Below, piece after piece: positions 1 through 13,757 of a DNA stretch of 64,000 nucleotides. The notes beneath the pieces were generated by a model. The model made no database searches and was not told the origin of the DNA. It worked only from the letters and a program-made list of their open reading frames with translations. The stretch is from Dictyostelium discoideum (lineage: Eukaryota): the NCBI GenBank assembly GCA_000004695.1, contig CM000153.2:2048001-2112000 (forward strand). The letters run 5' to 3'. Position 1 is the stretch's first letter. Every line of letters begins with the position of its first letter. The translations under genes were made by a program, and so were the position numbers.

Positions 1-64
1 AAGGAATTGTTAATAATTTTAAAATTATAAAAATAATAAAAATTAAATGATAATAATAACATAC

Positions 65-1155
<1,091 letters not shown>

Positions 1156-1368
1156 CTTTTTTATTTTTTTTTTTTATTTATTATTATTAAATCACCCAAT
1201 TAAATATTATGTAGTTTTTTTTTTTGTATAGTGCTTTATTTGTGTTATTACTATAGTTTTATTTTTTTATTTATTTTTTGATGTCTTTAATATATAAATA
1301 AAAAAAAACTAAATAAACTTTTTTTTTTTCAATTGAGTTTTCAAAAATCAAAAAAAAATAAAAAAAAA

Positions 1369-1403
<35 letters not shown>

Positions 1404-1764
1404 ATTTTTAATTTTTATTTTTATTTTTTTTTCAATATTTTTAGGGAAAAGATTGGAAAACGATAGTCCGGATTTGAAACATATGAAATAAATGTTATCG
1501 CTTTGAAAAAAAAAAAAAAAATTTAAAAAAAGATCGTGTATTTAATAAAATAAAAATAAAAATAAAATAAAATAAAAGTAAAAATATAAATAAAAAAAAA
1601 TAAAAATCGATTAGTTATTAAAATAATAAAATCAAAATTTAAAAAATATTAATTCAAATAATTTTAATTAATAACAAATTTGAAATTTATATCTATTTAA
1701 TTTTGAATTATTAACAACACAATTTTCAATGTTTAAAGTTTTTAATTTTTTTTTTTTTTTTTTT

Positions 1765-1803
<39 letters not shown>

Positions 1804-2070
1804 CTTAACAAATTTTATTAATAAAATAAAAAAAATATTTTTTCGTTTTGTTTTTATCGTTAATTTAAATTAAACTTAAAATAAATAATTTGCCTCATAA
1901 AAAAAATATCTACCAGGAAAATATATATACGTCGGAAAATTGTGGCTCGATAAATTAAATGTGATAATTTTTTCTTAAGGAACATTTTTTAAAAAATTCC
2001 AATCGAACGTTCCATTGGAATGAGAAATTTTAAATAATAATTTTTTTATAATTCTATAAACAGTAAAATC

Positions 2071-2202
2071 ATTTTTTTCCGGGGTTAATTCAATAGGTTA
2101 AAATTAAATTTTTTACCACTTCAATTTTAATAATATATAATATTATAAATTCAATTAAAATTTTATTTCACTCTTTAATTTTAATTAACCCCGGAAAAAA
2201 AT
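2071..2202. repeat. long imperfect palindrome with perfect 20-bp terminal inverted repeats (atttttttccggggttaatt / aattaaccccggaaaaaaat)
   Basis: Arms at 2071..2090 and 2183..2202 are exact reverse complements. The 92-bp AT-only interior is itself partly symmetric (aattttaataatatataatattataaatt). It sits about 300 bp upstream of the ORF at 2510. Confidence 0.85.
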
Positions 2203-2509
2203 AATATTAAAATATTTAAAATAACTAATAATATTTTTTTTCCAGCCCACAATTGAGATGAAAATTCATTTCGAATATTCTATTAGAAGAAACTCTGCCC
2301 GGAAAAAAAAAAAAAAAAAAAAAAAAAAAACCCAAAATCTTATTATTAAGCAAATATCCAAAACTAAATTTTCTCCTTTCCGGTTTTTTTTCTTATGTTT
2401 TTACTTTTTTTTTTTTGGTATAAATTAAGTCTTTTAAAATTTTATTTTTTTTATTTTATTTTATTATAGTTATTTTAAATAATAATAAAATTAACAAATA
2501 AAAGAAAAA

Positions 2510-3124
2510 ATGGTTGAAAAAAGATCTTTTGTTTCTTCAAATAAAAAAGAAGAAGTTTTTACCAAAACAATTGAAATTATTGAAAAAGATAGAAAACATT
2601 ACAAATACACTATTGATAATATGCAAACTTATGCACATGCAATTCAACCTCATTTTACCATGTGGGTTAATGCAATGCATATTTTAGGAATTGGTGGTGA
2701 AATTACAGAAGAGAATTGTAGAGATGAAATGTTTGGTCTTAGAGACGAAGGTAATCATTCAATTTTATGTTTAGATTATTTTTCACAATTGGGTGAATTC
2801 AAATTACATCATTATGCCAACGGTTACAAAATTGCCAAACAAGTTTACCAAAATTTAAAAAAGCCAATGGTAATCTTATCATTTTTAATTGCCAATGAAT
2901 TAAACTCTGGTGTTGTTGAAGATCTTGAAAATGCTTTATCAGTACTCGGTGTCAAAGACACAACCTACGTTGACGTCCATAAAGAAGCCGATTCCATAAC
3001 TTCTGAAGATGGTCATGCTATTAAACTTTTAAAAGTATTAGAAATGGAGAATGCCACTGTTGAAGACATCAATTTAGGAATTCAATTATACAGAGATTTT
3101 TACAATGACATCTTTTTAAATTAA
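2510..3124 (+). CDS. hypothetical protein, 204 aa, single exon
   Basis: Clean ORF with aaaaATGg start context and no poly-N/Q low complexity. Contains MWVNAMHILGIGGEITEENCRDEMFGLRDEGNHSILCLDYFSQLG. I do not recognise a family; it is possibly a small all-helical enzyme-like domain. Confidence 0.55.
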   Translation: MVEKRSFVSSNKKEEVFTKTIEIIEKDRKHYKYTIDNMQTYAHAIQPHFTMWVNAMHILGIGGEITEENCRDEMFGLRDEGNHSILCLDYFSQLGEFKLHHYANGYKIAKQVYQNLKKPMVILSFLIANELNSGVVEDLENALSVLGVKDTTYVDVHKEADSITSEDGHAIKLLKVLEMENATVEDINLGIQLYRDFYNDIFLN

Positions 3125-3267
3125 CCAAATAAAATAAAATAAAATAAACATATTTATTTATTTATTCATTAAAAACTTGTTGTTGTTGTAGTTGTAAATA
3201 TGTAACTTTTTTTTTATTTTTTTTATTGTTTTTTTTTTTTTATTTTTTTTTTTTTATTTAATTTTAT

Positions 3268-6200
3268 TTATTTCTTTTTACCAACTTGTTTATCTTTTTT
3301 ATTGAAAACAGTTCTATGAACTTTCGAAACACCATCAATAAATTTAGTTTCAAATAAAACATTTGCATTTGTAAACATACCTTCTTTAAGAGATACAACG
3401 ATGAATTGAGAACTTGTGAAATGTTGTTTTAACATCATACCGATATTTTGAGTATGTGAAAGATCGAGAGCAGCATCGATTTCATCTAGAATATACATTG
3501 GAGCAGGTTTAAAGAGTAATAATGAGAGAATTAAAGAGAGTGCTAATAAAGATTTTTGACCACCACTTAACTCTGAGAGGGTTTCTTTCCAAACGTCACC
3601 AAATGCAACTTTAACTTCAAGACCAAATAATTCATTTTGACCTTCTGGTGGCTCCAATTTTGCAGAGGTACCAGGTAAGAGAGTTGAAAATATTGAGCCG
3701 AAATCTTTATTTACCTTTTTCCAAGTGGTACGAAGTGATTCATTCTTTTTCTCATCCAATTCTCTAATTACATGTTCAATTTTACTCTTATCATTTTCAA
3801 TGATTTTCTTTTTTTCCATCAATTCTTGATATTCTTGTTCGGCTTTTTCAAACATACTCATTACCTTTCTATTGATAGTTTTGGAAAGTTTCTCTTGTTC
3901 CTCTTGAAGTTTAATATATTCAGAGTTTGCTTTGGATGGATCTGTAGCATTGAAATCGAAATCACTACCAGGTCTATTGAATAGTTGTTTCTCATTCTTT
4001 ATCCAAGTATGCTTTTTAATTGCAGCTTCTAACCATTTCGAAGCCTCTTGACGATCTTTATCTACACGATTCATTCTACTCTTGAGTTTCTCTGTTGACA
4101 TATCGATTTCAGTGATTTCTGATTGAATTTTCTCCAATTCTTGATGTAGTGAACGAATTGCATCATTCTTTTGTGCCATATCTTTTCTAATTTCAGAGAG
4201 GGTTTCTCTAATGTCTTGAATTTGTTTATTGGTTTCCGATATTGAACGTGCCAATGTATCAACATCTTTTCTCATCTTTGAAATGGTACCTTGATTGCCT
4301 TGAGTCTCCTTTGAGAGATTCTCCAATTCATTATCCATCTCTTGAATTTCCAAATCTAATTTCTCAATGAATACTTGTTCACCTTTTACGATTTTATTTG
4401 ATTTTATACATTTCTCTTTAGTGATTTGAATTTTCTTTTCAAGATCTTTCAATTGACTCTCTCTAATCGATTGAAAATCGTTAACTTGACTCTCTAATTG
4501 TTTAACTTTTTCCAATGCCTCTTTTTCTTTAATCATTGAGTTGGTGATTAATTGAGTATCGGATTCAATGGATTTCTCCATCTCTTTAATTGATTCCAAT
4601 AATTGATGATGTGGATTCAATTGGAAACGTTGGGCAATCAATGATGCTGCATGTTGTTTAATATTGAGTTGTTGTTCCAATTGTTTGAATCTATCAGTTA
4701 CAGATTTAAGTTGAACCAACTCAAAGTTAATATGTTCCAATTGGGATTGATTCTCTCTAAGACAACGATTATTTTCATTTAAACGTTGAATTTGTGTTAG
4801 AATTGAACCAGAGGGTGGTCTACTACCACCAGTTAAAGAACCTGCAGGATTATATTCATCACCTTCCAAAGAGATGGTTCTAACCTTAATCGATGAATCA
4901 AATGCCGCTTTTTGAGCATACTTTTTATCGGTTGCAATAAATGTTGAACCAAATACAAAGTTCATTGCAGGTTGCAATTCTTTATCGTACTCAACAAACT
5001 CAATAGCTGGTTTAACTGCACCATTTGGTGCAATCTTTTGTGCATTCTTAATCTTTTGTGGATCAATAGAACGACCCTCGACTTTATTCAATGGGAGAAG
5101 TGTTACCCTTCTCTTCAATTGACCCTTTGAGAGTAACGCTTTACCAGTTTCATCATCTTCGATTACAATATTATAAAGTTTACCACTTGCACAAATTTCC
5201 AAAGCAGTTGCAGTTTCAACATCTTTAAGTGTGATTAAATTTGCAACGATACCTTTAACCTTACTTCTATCGAATGATTTTGAAGGATCGGTATAGTTGA
5301 ATTCTAAACCACTCAATTGTGCAGAGGCATTACCAACCTCTTCACGTAATTTCGATACCAATGGTTCCAATTGACGCTTTTTCTCAGTTAATTCTTGTTG
5401 TTTACTATTATCCAATTGAAGCTCTTGAATTGAACGTGTTAATTGTTGGATTTCTCTCTCTACTAGCTCTTGCTCTGCTTGTAATTTCTTATGATCTGTT
5501 TGTTCTTGTGTTATTGCTTTTCGTTTTGCAATTAATTCACTTTGTAAATGTTTAACACGAAATTCCGCTTGTTTATATTCAGATGCAGCATTTACTGCAG
5601 TTTTTTTAGCTTCCATCAATTGTTCAGTGTATGAACCATCCTCTGCAGCTGAACTACCATCGGCACCCGTTGAAATACCTGTGGTCATTGTATTGTGTTT
5701 ATTTTGTAAAGTTTTTAATTCTGCATTGATTTGTTGATTCTCTTCAACGATTGATTGGATTTTCTTCTCCATTGATTGTTTTTCTTTTTGTTTTTGTTGA
5801 ATCGATTGTTTAATCTCCTCACGAGTATTGGCTAAATTATTGATTGCACCCTCTTCCTTATCCAATGATTCCTTTTGATGTTTATGTGAAGTTTGATATT
5901 TAACCAACTCTTTTGAAAGTTTTTGTTCCTGTTGGTCCATTTCCTCTAGATTGGTCTCTTTCTCTCTTTGTTTTGCCAATTCACTAATCTTAGCCTTCAA
6001 ATCGGTTGATTTCAATGTTAAATCTTTCTTTCTCTTTTGTCCCTTATCAATCTCTGCTTTAAATGATTCAAACTCTGATGATTCTAATTTCTTTTCATAT
6101 GTATAATATTCATAGGCAATGATAAAACGTTGAAGACGGTCGATTAAAGTTTGATTATTTGTAAATTTCATATAACTTGTACGTTCACCTCTGAGTTTAT

Positions 6201-6927
6201 CCAATGTCGGTGTAATCTCCTCCGCTAATACTTTAGTGATTTCATCAACTTTCTTTTGTTTCTTTTCAATTGTATTCAATGCTGAATTCTTTTTCATTTC
6301 AAACATTCTAGTACCTGCCGCTTCTTCTATCATTGCTAAAATCTCTGGTGGTTTCATATTCAATACTTTTGTAATACGACCTTGCATAATTAAAAAATGT
6401 GGATTATTTACATTTAATTGTACTGAATGAAATAAATCTTGTACTCTTGATAATTGTGCATTATGACCATTAATTAAATATTTATTACGACCACCAATTG
6501 CAACCTTTTTTTAAAAATTTAAATAAAAAAAAAAAAAATTTTATTATTATTAATATTTGTATTTTTTTTTTTTTTTTTTTTTTTAAAAATAATAATAATA
6601 AAAACATACTTGTCTTGTTACAGTTATTTTATCTAAATGTTCATAACCAGCTGGTGATTGTTTTTTATCAGAATTATTAAAAGTGATGGTAACACTTGCT
6701 TTGGTTATACCAGCTTGACCTTTTTTATAAACCAACTCTTGAAGTGAATCAACTCTAACTTGTGATAAATTTGAAATACCAAGTACAAAACAAATACTAT
6801 CTAAAATATTACTTTTACCACTACCATTTAAACCAGTAATTGCATTAAACGTTGGATCAAAACCTTCTATAACTGTTCTATTTGCATATGATTTAAATCC
6901 ATCAATAATAATATCTTCAATATACAT
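3268..6927 (-). CDS. smc2: structural maintenance of chromosomes protein 2 (condensin subunit SMC2), about 1185 aa
   Basis: Exon 1 6610..6927 encodes [106 protein letters not shown], a near-identical match to the human SMC2 N-terminal Walker A head. The donor is CAA|gtatgtttt. A 105-bp intron ends in the acceptor aaaaaag|GTTGCA, and exon 2 3268..6504 continues [17 protein letters not shown]...[30 protein letters not shown]. It has a long coiled coil, a hinge ([18 protein letters not shown]), and a C-terminal [36 protein letters not shown] signature/Walker B. Both exons are in frame (318 nt + 3237 nt). Confidence 0.92.
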
Positions 6928-6989
6928 ATTTCTTTCTTTTTTCTTTTTTTTTTTAATCTAAATAAATAATAGTAATAAATAATGATAAC

Positions 6990-7134
<145 letters not shown>

Positions 7135-7452
7135 TATACAATTTACACCTTTCTTAATGAAATACTAAAAAAAAAAAAAAAAAAATTAAAAATTTGACCC
7201 TCCTTTTTTTTTTTTTTTTTATTTTAAAAGTTTTTTTTTTTTTTTTTTTTCACAAAAAAAAAAGCGCGAAAAAAAAATAAAAAATAATATAATTCAGAAA
7301 ATTCCCATGGAATCGGTAAATTAATTTATGTTTTGTTTTTTTTTTTTTGTAAAAACCTTGATTTTAAAATGATTAATAAAAAAAACAAATAAAAATTTTT
7401 GATGGTTTTAATTAATAAAAAAAAAAAAAATTAAATTTATATTTTATTTTAT

Positions 7453-8850
7453 TTATATTTTATTTAATTTAATTTTAAAATAATTTGAAGGTAAACAAAC
7501 TTCATTGATTGGTTTATATTTTAAATTTTTAAATGGTGTTACACCAGATTTTAAAAGTTGATAATGTCTTAACATTGCACATTCAAATTCACGAATTATA
7601 AAACCAGGTTTATAAGGATAATTATTTACACCTTTCCATTGCTCAATTGCAGTTTCATTTGTTCTCCAATTGAGAAGGATTTTATTATACTCATCATCAT
7701 TTTGATCTAAATAAATTAAATGATTTGCTAATTCCTGTGTAGAGTTAAAATCACCAACGTATATATAAGAATTGTATGGTAAATATTTGATAGTACTTGG
7801 ATGACCCATAAATATTGGTACGGAACCAGCAGTCAATGCATCCAATACTTTCTCAGATACGTAATCTTTACAAATTGAATTCTCAAAAACAATTGTAAAT
7901 TTATATTTTGTTATTACTTCTTTCTTTTTTGCAAAAGGATCATTTGATAATCTTTTTAGTATTTCTTGTGTTGGCATATTATTTAAACAGTGGCCATACG
8001 AATCGATAACTATATATTTCATTAATTCTTGAACGTATTCTAAACGATTAGATCGTACATCTTGACAATTTGAGCAGAACCAATTCGCCAATGGGAGTGA
8101 TGGTATTTGGTGAGGTTGTAGTGCACTTAGATTAGTGGTTTTCATAATTTGGTAATCTTTTTTAAATTGATTTTTAATTTCTACCATATCGCGTGCTGGT
8201 ATGAAATTATATGTTTTAAATGCGCTGGTTTTATGTGTATCGAATCCCGTTCTAATATCAGATTGTGCTTCGTAGGATACTTTAAAATTGAAAATTTTAT
8301 AACAAGTTTGATTGAATGAACAATGTCTGAGATGTGGTGGCTCTAATGCAATTATCATTCTTGGTATGGACTGGTTGTACTCTCTATCGGGGTACTGAAA
8401 TTGTATGCCTGAATCATTGTATATCTCCATGTCCACTGTTTGGTTTGGGTACATTGGTTTCTTTATTAAATAGTACCATCTTTTGTCGTCAATTCCTCTA
8501 CATCTTCTTGCTATATTATCATCTGTTGGCCTGTCAAATGATCCTAAAAATTTCAAATACACTAAATCCGATGGTACACCATCTGGCACCTGCTCAAGTG
8601 GTAGGTCGTCCTCACCTGCAAGTATATTATTTTGATCTTGAAAATCATTATCTAGATTATAAATATTATGGTGATATTTTTGATGTTCTGGACTATAAAT
8701 ATCAACCTCATCCTCAGATCCATAAAAAAATACATTTGCATCATCATCATCAAATAAACTATATTTTAAAATATTAAATCCTATAATAATTAATATTATA
8801 TAAAAATAAATTATTAAAAGTTTTCTTGAGAATGGTTTTATCCTTTTCAT
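7453..8850 (-). CDS. GT10-family alpha-1,3-fucosyltransferase-like type II membrane protein (paralog A), 465 aa
   Basis: Single ORF. N-terminal cytoplasmic tail plus a hydrophobic anchor (LLIIYFYIILIIIGFNIL). The C-terminal half carries the alpha-1,3-FucT motif KYKFTIVFENSICKDYVSEKVLDAL plus GSVPIFMGHPSTIKYLP, CSNC, and NETAIEQWKGVNNYP. About 55–65% identical over the catalytic region to the ORFs at 16096 and 18316. Confidence 0.8.
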   Translation of the reverse strand: MKRIKPFSRKLLIIYFYIILIIIGFNILKYSLFDDDDANVFFYGSEDEVDIYSPEHQKYHHNIYNLDNDFQDQNNILAGEDDLPLEQVPDGVPSDLVYLKFLGSFDRPTDDNIARRCRGIDDKRWYYLIKKPMYPNQTVDMEIYNDSGIQFQYPDREYNQSIPRMIIALEPPHLRHCSFNQTCYKIFNFKVSYEAQSDIRTGFDTHKTSAFKTYNFIPARDMVEIKNQFKKDYQIMKTTNLSALQPHQIPSLPLANWFCSNCQDVRSNRLEYVQELMKYIVIDSYGHCLNNMPTQEILKRLSNDPFAKKKEVITKYKFTIVFENSICKDYVSEKVLDALTAGSVPIFMGHPSTIKYLPYNSYIYVGDFNSTQELANHLIYLDQNDDEYNKILLNWRTNETAIEQWKGVNNYPYKPGFIIREFECAMLRHYQLLKSGVTPFKNLKYKPINEVCLPSNYFKIKLNKI

Positions 8851-9781
8851 TTTTTATTATTATTATTATTTTTATTATTATTTATAGTACAACTATTATT
8901 ATTATTATTATTATTTTACTATTACTATTATTATTTATTTTTATTTATTGTCATATATTAATTATTTTTTGTTTTTTGTTTTTTTTTTTTGTAAGCATCT
9001 TGAAAAATAAAAAAATTAAATTAAAAATAAATTAAAATTTGGTTTATCATTTTAAAAAAAAAAAAAAAAGTGCAATGTGTTTTTATTTTTTTCTTTTTTT
9101 TTTCTTTTTTTTTTTCTATATTTTTTTTTTTTTTGTTTTTTTTTTTATTTTAAAAATGAAATGCTCAAATGCCATATTTTTTATTTTTTTGAGATTTGTT
9201 TTTCTTTTCCCTTTTTTTTTTTTTTTTTTTTTTTAAAAACAATGGTTTTTGGATTTTTTTGGTCTTCCTTTTTTTAGAATTTTCCTTTTTTTTTTTTTTT
9301 TTTTTTTAAAAACAATATATCCAACTCATATTTAATCTAATATTATTTTTATTATTATGATATTGATGAGAGGAAAAAAAAAAACTAAGCCAAACTCCAA
9401 AGTTTTCAAAGAAATAGGAAGGTCCAAAAAAAGAAAAAAAAATATATGATTTTATATAAGGTAGAAAATTTATCACTTACCAAATTTCTTTTTTTTTTTT
9501 TTTTTTTAATCCAATTTAATTGAACTGAATCTTGATTTATTTTAAAATAATAAGTAAAAAAAAAAAAAAAAAAACAATTGTAAAATTTGAATTTATTTTT
9601 TTTTTTGTATTTTTTTTTTGTTTTTATTATAATAATTATATGTATGTTTTTATTTAACTCGATTAATCAGTGAGATATTAATTAGTGAGATAAGTTGAAA
9701 AAAAAAAAAAAAAAAAATAAAAAAAAAAAACCATTACCCAAAAACTTTTTTTTATTTTTAAATTTAAAAATAATTTTTTTT

Positions 9782-9824
<43 letters not shown>

Positions 9825-9884
9825 ACGTAGCCATAATATCTTTTTTTTAGTTTTTAAATAAATAATATAACTATTGTAACATTA

Positions 9885-9919
<35 letters not shown>

Positions 9920-10105
9920 CAGTAAATAATAATTTTTACAAACTATTAATAAACTTCTAAAATAACTGTACTATAAATAAATATATAACCAAATAAAAAC
10001 CCCCACTACCACCATTTTTTTTTTTTCCAAACCCAAAAAAAAAAAAAAAAATAATAAAAAAAAAATACAAAAAAAAAACAAAAATAGAACATAAAATAAT
10101 AATAA

Positions 10106-10146
<41 letters not shown>

Positions 10147-10244
10147 TAATATAATAATAAATAATAAATAATAACGAAAATAGTTGAACCAAATAAAATA
10201 ATATATAATAAATAGATACTCATATAAAATATTAATTAATTAAT

Positions 10245-13200
10245 ATGAGTACTGGTTTAAAATGTTCGTCATGTGGTGCTTCAAATAGTAGTACATCAAA
10301 GTTTTGTACATCGTGTGGCAACAAAATGGCGGTGACAACAACGGCGGCATCGTCACCAACAGCACCATCAAAATCATTTTTAGCGCCAACGATTTCAAAA
10401 GTTACAGTTACCACAACTACAACAACTTCAAGTAGACCAGCATCAACAATAGTTAAACCATCACACTCAACTACAACAACAACAACAACAAGTAGACCAG
10501 CGTCAACAATTGTTAAACCAACAACAACCACAACAGCATCAACAGCATCAACTACACCAACAAAATCGATTTTAAAACCAACCACACATGTAACATCACC
10601 ATCAACAACAACAACAACAACAACAAATAATAATACAATCCCATCAAAATCAATTTTAAAACCAGTTTCTACAACTGTGTCTACACCTAAAACAACAGAA
10701 CCTTTAACAAGACCAAAATCTCACACAATTTCAGTTGGTACAGGTAGTAAGCCAACCACCACCACTACCACATCATCACCATCATCAACATCATTTGTAA
10801 AAATGGCAGCAAAGAGTAGAGAAAGTTTAGATAATCAAGCACAAAGAGATACAATGGTACTTCAAGGTTCTACATCAACACCTTTACCATCTTCAAAAAG
10901 TACTTTACAAATTAAGAAACCAACAACAACAACAACAACAACAACACCACCAACAAGTAGACCAGCATCAATGTCAGTATCAGTATCAACACCAAAACCA
11001 ATTCCATCCACCACCACTACAATCAATAAAACGACAGCAACAACAACAACAACACCGAATAAAACAAGTTCATCACCATCATCACCATCATTAATTGATA
11101 AACAAAAAGAGGCGGAAAGATTAGAAAAACAAATTCAAATTGAAAAAGAGAAATTCCATCAAAAAGAGAGAGAAATTGAACAAAATCGTCAACAGCAATA
11201 TGAAAAAGAGAAACAAGTTGAACGTGAAAAACTTGAACGTGAAAAAGAGAAACTAATTCAAATTGAACGTGAGAAATTCGAACGTGAAAAACAACAACAA
11301 CAAGACAAAGATGAACGTGAAAAACATAAACAACATGAAAAAGAAGAGCGTGAAAAACATAAACAACATGAAAGAGAAGAACGTGAACAAGAAAAACTAC
11401 ATCAAAAACAATTGGAAAAAGAACGTGAACAAGAAAAGCTACATCAAAAACAATTGGAAAAGGAAGAGAAAGAGAAACAACATCAAGAACGTGAAAAATT
11501 AAAACAATTTGAAAAAGATGAAAAAGAAAGAATTAGAAAATTAGAACGTGAAAAATATTTTTCAACACCACAACCACAAACAACCAGTAATTCAATAAAT
11601 CCAACACCATCATCACCATCAATTTCTTCACCATCATTAATTGCTAGTGGTGGTAGTATTAACAACGGCAACAACAACAACAGTCACAATGATAGTGGTG
11701 ACGAAGATTCAACAACTACAATCGCAACAACAACAACAACAACAACAACAACAACCAATAAAAAGAAAAGAGATAAAGAAAAACAAAAATCAAGAATATT
11801 TTCATTATTTTCCAGAATAAAAGATGATGAAGAAAATGATGAAGATGAATTAGTAATATCAAGTCCATCATCACCACCACCACCATCATCACCTACAGTA
11901 TCACCAACACCTGATAATCCAAACCAATCATCATTTAATATTTATGAAAAGGATAGTGGTGATATTAGGGATAGTGGTGATTTTTCAAATAATGGTGGTA
12001 CTATTGGTGAAGGTCAATTAAGAAAATGGGCTATTAAAAGGAATGAATTACAAAAATCTGAAGGAAATTTATTTGCACCATCATCACCATCACAAACCTC
12101 ACTTTCTGGTGCAGGTTTCCCAATTGGTTCACATAGTCCAAATAGTAGTAGTGGTTCATTGAATTTAGCATTAAATGGTAATGGTAATGGTTGTAGTAAT
12201 AATAATTTGGGAGCTACTACATCACCATTACCAATATCATCATTTATACCATCATCATCACCAATGGTTGGTAATAATAATAATTCACCATCAGGATTTC
12301 AAATGGGAACATCACGTATATCATCACCAAATCCACCACCAGATTTACCAAATAATTTACCACAAGCCATTGAACAACGTGATCGTGTAATTGAAGAGAT
12401 TATAGTGACAGAAGCCGATTATATTAGAGATTTAGAGATTATGGTTTGGTTAAAGAAAGAGATGACAATTCATGACAATGATACAACCAAAGGTAGTACA
12501 TTGGAAGAAATTAATTCATTATTTAGTAATGTTGAACAGTTATTATTGGTAAATAAAGAATTGTATAAAAAGTTTTGTAATTTTGATAATTCATTCAATA
12601 CAAAGGTTGAAGATGGTGGTGATGGTAGTGAAAAACCATTGTCATTTATAGACCATATTGCAAGTGGATTCGTTAGTATGGCAGATTTCTTAAAGTCTTA
12701 TTTCGTTTATTGTAGTAATCAACAAAAGGCGTTATCAACATTCTCTGCATTAAAGGGTAAAAATTGTACATATTTAGCATACCTATTGACAAGAAGAGAA
12801 TGTAGGTCATTACCATTCGATAGTTTCTTAATTAAACCAGTTCAAAGAGTTTGTAAATACCCATTATTAATTAGAGAGCTAATTAAAACCACACCACAAG
12901 ATTCCAAATCCTATGAGAATTTAATTAATGCTCAAAGTAAAATTGAGAGTATTGTATTCGCTGTCAATGAAAAGAAGAGAGAATTTGACTCACAAATGAA
13001 AATGCTTGACATTCAAAATGGAATCATTGAGTCTGGTGACACCACCACAAAGATTCTATCACCAAGTAGAAAGTTAATAAAAGAGGGTTCCATACAAAGT
13101 TGGGGTTCAACCATACCAACTGGTACACGTGATTTCATTTTCAAAAAGAAGAATAAAGAAGGTTACTATTACCTCTTTAATGATCTTTTTTTATATGCTG

Positions 13201-13757
13201 AAATTAAAAATGATAATTCAATTAAAGTCAAATCTGAAATACCTTTTGAACATTCTGTAATTTGTGATACATTACTCGATAATTGTGCATTTGATATTAA
13301 AAACAAAAATCTATGGTGTATGTTCTCTTTAGAAACCCTTGAAGAAAAACAATTAATTTTTAAAGAAATTGAATCTCAAATGTTATCTTATCAAGGTCTA
13401 TTACAAGAATATCAAAAATATGTTGATGATAGAAATTGTACTTCTGGTAGTAGTAGTAGTAGTAGTAATAATAGAAATTCAACCATTTCAAATAATGGCT
13501 CCACTGCTTTAACCAATGGTACTAGTAGTAGTAATTTATCATTATCTTCAAATTCTATAACTTTAAATGGAGCTTCATCTTCATCATCTTCCTCTGAATT
13601 ATTATCAATTGAAGAATGGAAATTATTAGTTAAAAATAAACCGTTACCTGCATTACCCACAACTTCAAATAATAATAATAGTAATAATAACTCGCCATCA
13701 ATATCCAGAATTAATAAAGCATTACCAACTCCTCCTCCACCACCATCAAAAAATTAA
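10245..13757 (+). CDS. RhoGEF (DH-PH) protein with N-terminal zinc-ribbon and S/T-rich and coiled-coil regions, 1170 aa
   Basis: N-terminus CSSCGASNSSTSKFCTSCGNKM (zinc ribbon). A long Thr/Ser/Pro-rich mucin-like tract. An E/K/R charged coiled-coil (EREKLEREKEKLIQIEREKFEREK...). A Dbl-homology domain from QAIEQRDRVIEEIIVTEADYIRDLEIMV through PVQRVCKYPLLIRELIKTTP, followed by a PH-like region (KEGSIQSWG...YYYLFNDLFLYAE). Single exon. Confidence 0.8.
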   Translation: MSTGLKCSSCGASNSSTSKFCTSCGNKMAVTTTAASSPTAPSKSFLAPTISKVTVTTTTTTSSRPASTIVKPSHSTTTTTTTSRPASTIVKPTTTTTASTASTTPTKSILKPTTHVTSPSTTTTTTTNNNTIPSKSILKPVSTTVSTPKTTEPLTRPKSHTISVGTGSKPTTTTTTSSPSSTSFVKMAAKSRESLDNQAQRDTMVLQGSTSTPLPSSKSTLQIKKPTTTTTTTTPPTSRPASMSVSVSTPKPIPSTTTTINKTTATTTTTPNKTSSSPSSPSLIDKQKEAERLEKQIQIEKEKFHQKEREIEQNRQQQYEKEKQVEREKLEREKEKLIQIEREKFEREKQQQQDKDEREKHKQHEKEEREKHKQHEREEREQEKLHQKQLEKEREQEKLHQKQLEKEEKEKQHQEREKLKQFEKDEKERIRKLEREKYFSTPQPQTTSNSINPTPSSPSISSPSLIASGGSINNGNNNNSHNDSGDEDSTTTIATTTTTTTTTTNKKKRDKEKQKSRIFSLFSRIKDDEENDEDELVISSPSSPPPPSSPTVSPTPDNPNQSSFNIYEKDSGDIRDSGDFSNNGGTIGEGQLRKWAIKRNELQKSEGNLFAPSSPSQTSLSGAGFPIGSHSPNSSSGSLNLALNGNGNGCSNNNLGATTSPLPISSFIPSSSPMVGNNNNSPSGFQMGTSRISSPNPPPDLPNNLPQAIEQRDRVIEEIIVTEADYIRDLEIMVWLKKEMTIHDNDTTKGSTLEEINSLFSNVEQLLLVNKELYKKFCNFDNSFNTKVEDGGDGSEKPLSFIDHIASGFVSMADFLKSYFVYCSNQQKALSTFSALKGKNCTYLAYLLTRRECRSLPFDSFLIKPVQRVCKYPLLIRELIKTTPQDSKSYENLINAQSKIESIVFAVNEKKREFDSQMKMLDIQNGIIESGDTTTKILSPSRKLIKEGSIQSWGSTIPTGTRDFIFKKKNKEGYYYLFNDLFLYAEIKNDNSIKVKSEIPFEHSVICDTLLDNCAFDIKNKNLWCMFSLETLEEKQLIFKEIESQMLSYQGLLQEYQKYVDDRNCTSGSSSSSSNNRNSTISNNGSTALTNGTSSSNLSLSSNSITLNGASSSSSSSELLSIEEWKLLVKNKPLPALPTTSNNNNSNNNSPSISRINKALPTPPPPPSKN

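Noticed and set aside
9039-9277. Poly-Phe ORFs in the T-rich intergenic region
   Set aside because: Poly(T) tracts; no start context; typical intergenic homopolymer.
10232-10585. 117-aa minus-strand ORF (V/D/A-rich) overlapping the RhoGEF start
   Set aside because: It is antisense to the Thr-rich (ACA/ACT)n coding repeat of the RhoGEF, and its composition is a repeat artefact.
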